Positions 46,951 through 55,741 of a stretch of 64,000 bases of DNA are shown here, piece after piece. Location of the stretch: the IMG/VR virus record IMGVR_UViG_2784746785_000001, positions 1-64,000 of that record; one strand, 5' to 3'. Origin of the DNA: a virus (Duplodnaviria > Caudoviricetes). Made by a program: the position numbers and the translations under genes. The stretch's first letter is position 1. Every line of letters starts with the position of its first letter. The notes beneath the pieces were generated by a model. It was not told where the DNA came from. It saw only the letters and a program-made list of their open reading frames with translations, and did no database searches.

Positions 46951-49900
46951 GCAAGAACTTGTTATAGAACTTCTCGGTCAGCACCTGGCGGCATTAAAGG
47001 TTGGCATCATTATTAAAGGGGTAGATGGAATCTCTCCTGAATCAATAATTGCTGGCCTAGCATCAGATAGTCAGCACTTATATGGAGCAGCTATAGGATA
47101 CGATGGGGTAAAGGAGCATGCAGAGAAGAACTACGATATTACAGATTCTATAGAAAAGGCAGTTCTATGGAGGAGTATTCCGGAGTGTGCGGGGCGCATA
47201 GTCGTTTTTATAAAAACAGATACTGACAAGCTTCATTCTCTGTCAGAATTTGAAAATATAAGTACAAGAGACATCTCTCGCTATTTACTTGAGAAGCAGG
47301 TAAACAGCAACAATAACACCCCTACAAATAATTTTTGGTCAGCTTTAGAAAAAACCTCTGACTACTACACATTCGAAGCTGTTGAAGATTTTGTTAATGC
47401 AGTCGCGAGAAGTAAAAGGCCTGAGGACGCAATACCTAAAAACATGTGGCGATTAAACTTGCTTGAGGATAATGACATCCTTGGCACGAAGAGTAAGCCA
47501 GAGGATCGCCTTGCTCAAAATCGAGATATGATTTTTGCTATTGGGCAGCTAAGTGAAGATTCAAGAAAAAAGCTTAGCCGTTCGCTCGTTCGCTCGAAGG
47601 CAAAGGACAAGGCTCGCTTGCAAGCAGCTTATCGTAGCTTACAGAATTTTTACAAGTATGGTAATCAGGATACATTAAAGGATCTTGACCTTACTACTGT
47701 TCAAGAGCTCTTTTCCGCCTCACAGAAGAAGGAGAAAGTGAAGAAGAAGGAGACACCTAATCCAACCGATGGTCCGGATTCTGACGAGCCAGATTCCAAT
47801 ACTCCTATTCGTCCTAAGGAACTTGATAGGTTGGTTTCTGATGCCATCGTTTTTGGCGATGATGAGGAACAAAGGGATATAAGCAATCTTCTAGAGGAGT
47901 TGGATAAGCATTACGATACTGAGACTGAGGAAAATGATGATTCAATTCCTCCTATCGGGGGTATTTTCGAAGATCGTAGTATCGCTCTTGATACGCATCA
48001 GACAGATTTAAGGAAACTCGTTGGTAAGTTCTGCGGCCTAAATTCATGGGGCGGCATCATGGAGACAGACGAAAGTGTCCTGAAGGATGCTATTTCCGCA
48101 GATATTAACGCTCTACATATATTCGACCCTGAGAGTAAAGATGCTGTCATTTCGTTTGTAGGAGGCATAGACGGAAATCAGCCTTTATTTGATTTTATTA
48201 AGCAGTTTGATGAGCAATTTGACAGCAAAGGTCTGGAGACTCTTGAGAGATTCACTCCAATAATTGACAATCTTAAGATTGCAAGAAAAAGCCTTCTTAC
48301 ACATCTTGACCTGATTATGTATCATCCAGTTCTTTTGTTTGGCGCATCTGAAAAGAGCAAGAATGATCTCATTGAATATATTCAGGCCTGGGAGCGGCTA
48401 TATCACGCTTTCTGCAACAATGAACCTACCATGAGGCAGATAAGTCCGGGCGGAACAAGTTTTATTGCAAGAGCGATATTGCTATTAGACATACTATACG
48501 TAAAAACTCCAAAGGAATGGAAGGGTATTTTATTGCCGCTTCATCCTATTTATTTGTGGCGGTATTATGAGGTCTTCAGGACACTCCCCAATAAAAAAGC
48601 CACACTTGCGGAAGAGGATAAGGAAGCACTAGCAAAGGTCCTAACTCAATTGCCACAGGTTTTAAGTTTTATTGTTGCTAATAATCTCGTGACAAATACT
48701 TCTGAGGATCGTATTCTGCCCTGCTCTGGTAGTATTGAAATGCTACCAACGTTTGAAAACAAGACGAACCGCTACCTGGGAAATGATGGGACAGAATCGA
48801 TAGAGGAAATTCTTACAAGATGGATTGGATTCGCTCCATATACAAGAAACGAAATCAGAATTTGCTCTGTTGATGCGCCGGACTTGATTGGAATAATCCG
48901 TCAGGTCAAGCATTTTATGGATAAAAATGAAGTAAAAAGAGTCGTTTATGATGTTTACCTTACGAGAAATCAAAATGGAAACACCGAGCTTTCAAAGCTT
49001 GATTATTCTGGCAAGGACTACGAAATAGGTGAATTTATAAGAAATGATCGAATTGCAATTAGCATACATAATTGCAAGGATTCTACCGAAGTTAAAGTGG
49101 CATTAGAGTTTAGGCCGGTACATGTGGCTTTTTACTTTGATCAATCCTCGTATTCCATCGAGTATGGCCCGAATAGTCACAACCTGTATATTAATCCGCT
49201 TGTTATCACCTATGAGTATGACTTTGATGAGATTCAGCATAAAGGAACAATCTTCCCTTCATCTGAGTCTGAATCTGGACTTATAGGAGACTATAACAAG
49301 CTATTAAGGTCAGCGGACATTATAAGTAACAATATGAATCCGAGGACAACATATAATGGAAATGCAGACATGACTGCTGTTGTTTCTACCATAAAGGATG
49401 CGCAGACCCAATGGCTCGTTGTAGCGGATAGAGATACAAATAACTATCAGCCTCAGTCCGCTATTCCTATTGGTGAGATGCAGTACGACAAGCGAATGGT
49501 TAATGCTTGGGCGGCAGACAATTCAAGAATAATTACGCAGTATTTGGATCTTCTTCGAGGCTATAACCTCTATCCTAAGAAGGACACACTTGTTGATATA
49601 TTGCGTCAATTTGGACATATTGCTTCGAACGGGTTGATTAGCATACCGAGGTTCGGCGCTGATACGCAGGCAATAGACAATAAGAAGAAGGGTTTAATAG
49701 GAACACTTTTTGCAGCGTCCTGGTATATGAAAAAGTATGATGACGCCCTTGTTGCATCATTAGATGACGATAAGGCTCGCCTTTGGCTGCAAGATAGCAA
49801 ATATGGAAATGAAAGAGCTGACCTTGTAGGTCTTCATTATGATGCGGTTGAAAACAAGCTTTATGTTGAGCCCATTGAGGTCAAGACTAGAGATGAATCT

Positions 49901-51721
49901 CCAGATGCGACAATAACTAGAGATGAGGCCGATTCCAAGCACTTTAACATCTCAGGTCATGCCGCAGAGCAGATAGCGTCTATGGTTGAGCTGTTGCGGG
50001 AAATTTTCTACTCGGATAAAAACTCAATGGATATGTTTACCTCTGCGCGGAGAGAGGTTTTGAAGTATCAAATTGTTTCTGAGTGCTTCAGAAATGTGCA
50101 TGATTCTGATTGGCAAAAGAGATGGTATCTAATCTTGAAAAAGGCCTTCGGTAGTGGCGAAAGCGAAGGACTTAAGATTGAAGTTTCTGGAATTCTTCTT
50201 CATATAAAGTTGAACGAGGCCTCTGGAGGCGAACATATACCATGTAAGAATCCTGATTACGACGATTGCTCAATAGATTACTGGAAATTAACGGCAAAGG
50301 AAATACAACACGATATCCTTGGCGAGGAAACCAAAATAAAGGAATCAATTACTCCGGATTTTGACAATTCTGAGGAATCTGATAAGGAAACTGAATCTAG
50401 TGATGACGCCTTTATTGATACTGACATAGAGGTAGCGAAGGACGAAATGGTGCCTGACAATAATGCAGTAGGACTGTATTCTAGGGATTTTTCTGATCAT
50501 GGTCAAAAAGTACCGATGGTTGCTGAGGGGAATCCAAGCAGTGCAAGCATTCTCAGAGATTCTGGTCCTACACCATATGAGACTAAAAAAAATGCTGAGA
50601 AGGAAAATAATGGTGTCAGCCGCTCCGAGATAGATCGGTTGGTTAAGGATTTTAGGCGCTCGTGTGGTGACTATCATGTTACGCTTAAGGAATGCAATGC
50701 AGAGGATACTGTTGTTGGCCCAAGCGTTATAAGGTTGAAATTCAAGCTTGGGCGAGGACAGGCCCTGCAGGGACTGCAAAGTCATCTCGAAGACATTGGC
50801 AGAGAAATGAAGAGGACAGGCGTAATTATTCAACAGGTGCCAAATTCTGATGAGCTCTTATTGGATGTGCCGAGGCTTAAACGAGAAAAGGTACTGTTTA
50901 GGGATGTGATTGGCTCATTACCAAAGGTCACTTCACCTGAGCAGTTGTATTTCCCGTTAGGAAGAACTCCTAATGGTACGGATCTTTTTGAGGATCTTGG
51001 AGAGATGCCACATATGCTTGTGGGAGGAAGTACTGGCTCTGGTAAATCAGTATTCCTTTTCTCAATGCTTGCCGCGATGCTGATGACTCATCCTCGAAAA
51101 GAAGACTTGCAATTAATTCTTTCTTCAGCAAAGCTGGAGGATTTCATCCATTTTGCTGGGCTTCCCCATTTATACTCTGGCAGTATTATTTCAGATGCTG
51201 AGGAGGCCACCCGCGTAATAAAAGAGGTGGTTTATGAAGAGTCTGAGCGCAGAGGGAAGCTATTAGCTGATGCAAGAGTTGCTAACATTATAGAATACAA
51301 CAAAATTGCAACTGAGAAACTTGCTCCAATTGTTGTTGTAATAGATGAGTTCGCGGATTTGGCGGACCAATTAGAAACAAAGAAGGAGCAGAATGCTTTT
51401 TATAAGCCTGTACAGCGCATAGCGCAGGCTGGCAGGAGCAGAGGAATTCATCTCGTTATATGTACGCAGAGGCCAGAAGCTAAACTGGTTCCTTCAACGA
51501 CAAAAGCTCAATTGAATGGCCGAGTTGCGTTGCGTGTAAATGATGCCATTTCTTCTAGAATGATTATTGAGGAGCCTGATGCCCAGTATCTACAGAAGCA
51601 TGGAGACATGATATATAGAAATGGTGATGTTATAGAAAGAGCCCAGGGATATTTAATCGAAATCCCTGAGTTGGACGAAATAGTTCAAAACGTAATAGAC
51701 GGGAAGTATTTGAAGAGGTGA
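46940..51721 (+). CDS. DptH(DndH)-like large protein: PD-(D/E)XK nuclease motif + C-terminal FtsK/SpoIIIE ATPase
   Basis: RADL...PIEVKT nuclease motif (~49811-49890); PHMLVGGSTGSGKS, VVIDEFADL, GIHLVICTQRP, RVALRV (FtsK); 1593 aa. Confidence 0.7.
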   Translation: MIDKQELVIELLGQHLAALKVGIIIKGVDGISPESIIAGLASDSQHLYGAAIGYDGVKEHAEKNYDITDSIEKAVLWRSIPECAGRIVVFIKTDTDKLHSLSEFENISTRDISRYLLEKQVNSNNNTPTNNFWSALEKTSDYYTFEAVEDFVNAVARSKRPEDAIPKNMWRLNLLEDNDILGTKSKPEDRLAQNRDMIFAIGQLSEDSRKKLSRSLVRSKAKDKARLQAAYRSLQNFYKYGNQDTLKDLDLTTVQELFSASQKKEKVKKKETPNPTDGPDSDEPDSNTPIRPKELDRLVSDAIVFGDDEEQRDISNLLEELDKHYDTETEENDDSIPPIGGIFEDRSIALDTHQTDLRKLVGKFCGLNSWGGIMETDESVLKDAISADINALHIFDPESKDAVISFVGGIDGNQPLFDFIKQFDEQFDSKGLETLERFTPIIDNLKIARKSLLTHLDLIMYHPVLLFGASEKSKNDLIEYIQAWERLYHAFCNNEPTMRQISPGGTSFIARAILLLDILYVKTPKEWKGILLPLHPIYLWRYYEVFRTLPNKKATLAEEDKEALAKVLTQLPQVLSFIVANNLVTNTSEDRILPCSGSIEMLPTFENKTNRYLGNDGTESIEEILTRWIGFAPYTRNEIRICSVDAPDLIGIIRQVKHFMDKNEVKRVVYDVYLTRNQNGNTELSKLDYSGKDYEIGEFIRNDRIAISIHNCKDSTEVKVALEFRPVHVAFYFDQSSYSIEYGPNSHNLYINPLVITYEYDFDEIQHKGTIFPSSESESGLIGDYNKLLRSADIISNNMNPRTTYNGNADMTAVVSTIKDAQTQWLVVADRDTNNYQPQSAIPIGEMQYDKRMVNAWAADNSRIITQYLDLLRGYNLYPKKDTLVDILRQFGHIASNGLISIPRFGADTQAIDNKKKGLIGTLFAASWYMKKYDDALVASLDDDKARLWLQDSKYGNERADLVGLHYDAVENKLYVEPIEVKTRDESPDATITRDEADSKHFNISGHAAEQIASMVELLREIFYSDKNSMDMFTSARREVLKYQIVSECFRNVHDSDWQKRWYLILKKAFGSGESEGLKIEVSGILLHIKLNEASGGEHIPCKNPDYDDCSIDYWKLTAKEIQHDILGEETKIKESITPDFDNSEESDKETESSDDAFIDTDIEVAKDEMVPDNNAVGLYSRDFSDHGQKVPMVAEGNPSSASILRDSGPTPYETKKNAEKENNGVSRSEIDRLVKDFRRSCGDYHVTLKECNAEDTVVGPSVIRLKFKLGRGQALQGLQSHLEDIGREMKRTGVIIQQVPNSDELLLDVPRLKREKVLFRDVIGSLPKVTSPEQLYFPLGRTPNGTDLFEDLGEMPHMLVGGSTGSGKSVFLFSMLAAMLMTHPRKEDLQLILSSAKLEDFIHFAGLPHLYSGSIISDAEEATRVIKEVVYEESERRGKLLADARVANIIEYNKIATEKLAPIVVVIDEFADLADQLETKKEQNAFYKPVQRIAQAGRSRGIHLVICTQRPEAKLVPSTTKAQLNGRVALRVNDAISSRMIIEEPDAQYLQKHGDMIYRNGDVIERAQGYLIEIPELDEIVQNVIDGKYLKR

Positions 51722-51727
51722 TTACTG

Positions 51728-52408
51728 ATGTCTGAGCCGGAGGTTAAATATGGCATATTTAAGACAGAAATCAAAAACCGTTTTCTGTGCACTGTGAATG
51801 TCGACGGGATAGACACACTATGCTATATTCCCTCCTCCTGCAGATTAAGTAACTTTATTAATATGAAAGGCCGAATGGTTTTGCTGTTGCCTATAAAGAA
51901 AGAAAATGCACGGACGAAATATTCCGTGTATGCCATTCAGTACAGACGAGGCTTTGTACCCGTAAGCTTGTCGAGTGTTAATCAAGTTATAAAAAACGAG
52001 CTTAATAGAAGAATTTTCTCTTTCTTGGGTAGCAGAAAACAAGTTTTTGGTGAAAAAAGCATTGATGGTTATAAGAGCGATCTTTATATAGAAGATAGCG
52101 ATACAGTCGTTGAAATTAAAAGCATTCTTTCTTTTGGCAAGGAAGCTTTGTTTCCAACCGTATCCTCAGAGCGGGCTAATCACCAGTTAGAGAATATCAG
52201 GGAACTTCTTCTGAATGGACATAAAGTATGCTATATGTTTATTTCTATGTATGGAGGTACAAAGCAGATAACCGTTAATGAGGAGCAAACAGAATACTTT
52301 TCTCTTTTTAGGAAATGTATAGAGGTAGGCATGACGGTTCGTGGTTTTTCCTTATATATGGATAATGGCGTGCCAAAGGTGAAGGCAACAGTCAAATGCA
52401 TCTTTTAA
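51728..52408 (+). CDS. sfsA: SfsA-family PD-(D/E)XK nuclease-like protein
   Basis: NRFLCTV...CYIPSSCRL, KSDL...VVEIKS, FPTVSSERA..QL. Confidence 0.75.
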   Translation: MSEPEVKYGIFKTEIKNRFLCTVNVDGIDTLCYIPSSCRLSNFINMKGRMVLLLPIKKENARTKYSVYAIQYRRGFVPVSLSSVNQVIKNELNRRIFSFLGSRKQVFGEKSIDGYKSDLYIEDSDTVVEIKSILSFGKEALFPTVSSERANHQLENIRELLLNGHKVCYMFISMYGGTKQITVNEEQTEYFSLFRKCIEVGMTVRGFSLYMDNGVPKVKATVKCIF

Positions 52409-52558
52409 AACCCGTTCATTTGAATTAAACCTTTCAACGATAGCCATACTTTTCAACAATTGCAGATTGGGGGTGTCGCTTTTGACTACAGCTACCGCAG
52501 CAGCATATGAATACAGAACCAGAAGTGCACTCCCGCACCATGCCCTGAAACGCAGAAA

Positions 52559-52586
52559 AGCCCAGAAACTGCGCGGTTTCTGGGCT
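52559..52586. repeat. Perfect 11-bp inverted repeat (terminator or element-end hairpin)
   Basis: AGCCCAGAAAC-TGCGCG-GTTTCTGGGCT. Confidence 0.5.
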
Positions 52587-53033
52587 AAAAGTACATACGG
52601 GCATTGTATCAAAGATTACGTCTTGTTAGATACGGCACGAGTGTCGGAATTAGATGTCATGCATAGGAATCTTTTAACGATGGATGCGCAGAACCGCTGA
52701 AAGAATGCTGGTCGGACATTCATGGCGATTGAAAAACCGGACATTGAAGGTATGTTAGAACTAATTTGGTAGGGAAAGTAACAACCCGAGAAGCAATAAG
52801 AAAAGCAACTTGATCGCTGACCGACCAAGTCGATGACAGATAGGGTTGAGATCGTAATGACGCGGCGCCGAACTGCAGGAGAGCAGGTTGAGACGATGGC
52901 CTCCCTCCTGCCCGCAGTATTATAGGTAGAAAAAGCCTTTGGATAAATTTCCGCAAACGCCGAGCACCTGTAAAAACGCCGCTTTTCGGCTTTGAGCAGT
53001 TCCCGCAAACGGACGGAAATGTGTCCAAAATCC

Positions 53034-53100
53034 AGACATCAAGGTGCTTTTCTCAAGCCATGTGGAGACGGTAGTATTGATGTCTAAGATGAAATGATAA
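53034..53100 (+). other. att-like site (probable attR) containing the 3' end of rlmD/rumA
   Basis: AGACATCAA (53034-53042) / TTGATGTCT (53077-53085) inverted repeat centred on CA at 53059-53060. From there the frame reads HVETVVLMSKMK-stop-stop, whereas the upstream codons are not RlmD-like. Confidence 0.75.
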
Positions 53101-53333
53101 GGTGTGAAAAAGGCTTGATTTCAGGTCTTTTTTGCTATCGAGATTATGGAAACATTCAATCAAAGGCCTTAACATAACGCTCTGCGGAAACAGTGCAACG
53201 AAGACTTGCCTGAAAAAGTGTGTATAGTTTAGACGCCGATTTAGATGTCGGGCATTAAAACAGTGGTTTAGATGTCAGAGAGAGTTTAGGTAGCGGATTG
53301 AATGTCGATGGAGAGAAAGGAGATAATTTGCGA

Positions 53334-54320
53334 ATGGAAAGAAATTTACTCGTAGGTAACGGTATTAATATTCAGTTTGGCGGAAAAGATGTATATTCTG
53401 GCTGTGCAACAATGAATAGAGTAGTTGAAAATATAAAGGCCGGAAAATATACAGCACTAGCGGAAAATTCATTATCGACAGAAGAACAGCTTGAATTTTT
53501 AGAGGGACTGGTAAATGTTATTAATCAAATCAGAGGAAAAAAACTCAGAGGTAATGCTGAAGGTTTGTTTATGGTAATGGAATTAGATAGAATTTCAAGA
53601 ACATATCCAGAAAGAAGTAATGTGCTGTCTGTCTTTTTAGAGGATTACTTTTTGGCTTTTGAGATATTTAATAATGGATTTAGAGCAGAAGATGGAGAGG
53701 AACAGAGTGAAAAATTCAGAAAAATAGGATTTGCTTTTCTTCGCCAAATGATAGTTGATGGCATATATAATAACGGTGAAATCAACAATGTGTATAAAAA
53801 TTTTTATCCAGGGATGAATAAGTACCTCAATCGATTCAGTAATATCTTCACAACAAATTACGATTATAACTTGGAAAGTACGTTAGGCAGTTCAGAGCGA
53901 ATATGTCATCTTCATGGGGAGTTTTCAAAATTAGCACCAGAGTACAGTAATACCAGTTTATACTACCAGGAGCATAAACAGGAGTGCAAAAAATTGATAT
54001 CTAATATGATTCATGGGATGGAACAATGCTATAGTGATGCAGTTATGAGTTGGTCTTGGCTTGATAAGTATGGAGAATTGATTGAGTCTGAAACAAAGTA
54101 TAAAGAATCTCTGTTTAAATCGATAGGTGGACAGTTGGAAGTAGTTGGACTTGCACCAGCAAATGATGAGCACCTGTTTTTACTTATTAGCACCAATCCT
54201 AAAATTAAATCAGTTGTATATTACTATCATAATGATGAAGAGAGAAACGAATTGCCACACCACATTAAAAAGCCTGTAACATATAAAAAAGCAGAAAAAC
54301 TATGGGATTCGCTGAAATGA
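53334..54320 (+). CDS. SIR2-like/AbiH-like protein
   Basis: LLVGNG, IFTTNYD, CHLHG, VVGLAPANDEH: the motif order of SIR2_2-type folds. Confidence 0.6.
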   Translation: MERNLLVGNGINIQFGGKDVYSGCATMNRVVENIKAGKYTALAENSLSTEEQLEFLEGLVNVINQIRGKKLRGNAEGLFMVMELDRISRTYPERSNVLSVFLEDYFLAFEIFNNGFRAEDGEEQSEKFRKIGFAFLRQMIVDGIYNNGEINNVYKNFYPGMNKYLNRFSNIFTTNYDYNLESTLGSSERICHLHGEFSKLAPEYSNTSLYYQEHKQECKKLISNMIHGMEQCYSDAVMSWSWLDKYGELIESETKYKESLFKSIGGQLEVVGLAPANDEHLFLLISTNPKIKSVVYYYHNDEERNELPHHIKKPVTYKKAEKLWDSLK

Positions 54321-54395
54321 TATTTTTTGAAAAAATACTTGACAGGGACAAAGTCCCTACTTGCTAAGATAGGTCTTGAAAGGAGGTCGAAGTAT

Positions 54396-55082
54396 ATGAG
54401 ACCAAAAGAAATTCAAGAAAAACTCAATATCGATGGTGACAGAATTAAGCTGTTTAAGAGGGAGGGAATCTTCACACCGGAGAATCCACCATCTGGAAAT
54501 CGAAGCACCAATTATACAGATGCAGATTGTGAGCATTTACGATTGCTTGTAGTGCTTACTAAATCTGGGCTTACATGCAGCGATATCAGAAAGTTGCAAG
54601 AAGGTGAATGCACTTTAGAAGAAGCAATAAAAATCAGAAAGAATAATATTGATGCTGAGATAAAGAGAAAGCAAAATGCATTGATTTTGCTTTCAGAACT
54701 TCTTGCTGATAAGGTGGAATTTGAAACATTCGAAACAGACCATTATTGGAATGTTATTGCGGCGAGAGAAGCAGAGGGCGAGGAATTCATCAATACAGAA
54801 GATATGTATGGCTATCGTGCGGTATCGTTAATTCGCAGTATCAAATGCCCTTATTGCGGTGAGGAACATGAAGTGGATTTAGAAGATTACATGTATGACG
54901 AGAGCAGTTATGAGAAAGAGAATGGAATGGGACCAGATGTAGTCTATAGCTTTAATTCCGAGGATGGTTATGAATGTCATGAATGTGGTAGAATTATACA
55001 AATCGAAGGTTGGATTCGAGAATACCCTGAAGGGGCATACGATTCGGAAGATATCAATGTAGTCGAAGGAGAGAAGGATTAG
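54396..55082 (+). CDS. MerR-family HTH regulator with C-terminal Zn ribbon
   Basis: IKLFKREGIFTP...NRSTNYT..D...L; CPYC...CHEC; AGGAGG RBS. Confidence 0.75.
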   Translation: MRPKEIQEKLNIDGDRIKLFKREGIFTPENPPSGNRSTNYTDADCEHLRLLVVLTKSGLTCSDIRKLQEGECTLEEAIKIRKNNIDAEIKRKQNALILLSELLADKVEFETFETDHYWNVIAAREAEGEEFINTEDMYGYRAVSLIRSIKCPYCGEEHEVDLEDYMYDESSYEKENGMGPDVVYSFNSEDGYECHECGRIIQIEGWIREYPEGAYDSEDINVVEGEKD

Positions 55083-55359
55083 TGCAACTTACAACTGCAT
55101 CGAATAATAAGGCATCTTCATTGATACGAATGTTCTTCGAAAATTCCAGAATCATGTCTTCCAGCAAAGCAGAATCTGGGCTTTGAATTTTTGAATATGT
55201 AAGATTTAGAGCATACGGATGCTCTGTAATATACGAATAAGCCGCTTCCCACATGGGATGGTAGCAAACATTGTAAATAAACTGTTCGATCTCGTTATTA
55301 TACGTGCTCAACTTGTACAGCCTTCCTTCCCTGAAAACCGGTGTAATTGATAATTTCAT
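55054..55359 (-). CDS. Hypothetical protein
   Basis: 101-aa ORF filling the gap between MerR and HTH; no recognisable motif; weak RBS. Confidence 0.45.
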   Translation of the reverse strand: MKLSITPVFREGRLYKLSTYNNEIEQFIYNVCYHPMWEAAYSYITEHPYALNLTYSKIQSPDSALLEDMILEFSKNIRINEDALLFDAVVSCTNPSLLRLH

Positions 55360-55389
55360 ATTATAGCAGAATTGTGTTGTGCATTCAAT

Positions 55390-55437
55390 AGAATAAAAAG
55401 AAAATTCTTCTATTCATGAAGAATTACTCTTTATTCT
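55390..55437. promoter_or_regulatory. Imperfect inverted repeat (operator-like) upstream of the HTH gene
   Basis: AGAATAAA..AATTCTTC / GAAGAATT..TTTATTCT. Confidence 0.45.
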
Positions 55438-55508
55438 GAAACGAGAAGATGATACACTATACTCATGCTGCGGTAATATCTGTTTTTGAAAATCGAGAGG
55501 TGACCACC

Positions 55509-55730
55509 ATGGAAGTTAGTTATAAAAAATTATGGAAAATTTTGATCGACAAAGACATGAAAAAGAAAGACTTACAGGCAGCTGCTGGAATGAGCTGGGC
55601 TTCAGTTACAAAGCTTTCAAAGGGAGAGACTGTAAGCATGGAAGTGTTGATGAAGGTGTGCAAGGCACTTGACTGTAATATAGGAGATATTATGGATTTT
55701 ATCCCCACAGATGGAGATAGCAAAGCTTGA
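55509..55730 (+). CDS. Cro/C1-type HTH (HTH_26) controller-like regulator
   Basis: SYKKLWKILIDKDMKKKDL; paralogue of 41477..41761. Confidence 0.9.
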   Translation: MEVSYKKLWKILIDKDMKKKDLQAAAGMSWASVTKLSKGETVSMEVLMKVCKALDCNIGDIMDFIPTDGDSKA

Positions 55731-55741
55731 GGGGTGAGAAT

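Larger units (their letters stand above)
1..53060 (-). mobile_element. Prophage (siphovirus, HK97-type head, PolA/DUF2815/DUF2800 replication module, serine-recombinase cassette) with plus-strand defence cargo; left end lies outside the window
   Basis: Complete ordered phage modules on the minus strand at 1-38.2 kb. The right boundary is inferred from the att-like site centred at 53059/53060. Confidence 0.8.

Noticed and set aside
41861-52408. Calling this locus canonical Druantia or a canonical Dnd phosphorothioation system
   Set aside because: No DruE (DUF1998 helicase), DruB-D or DndA-E genes are in the window; only parts of each system are recognisable.
51728-52408. SfsA as a sugar-fermentation regulator
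   Set aside because: It is translationally coupled to a defence operon and retains nuclease motifs; the historical name is not evidence of a metabolic role here.
52409-53033. ORFs 52467..52700, 52616..53008 and 52720..53028
   Set aside because: Mutually overlapping, with no RBS or motifs; more consistent with non-coding element-end sequence.
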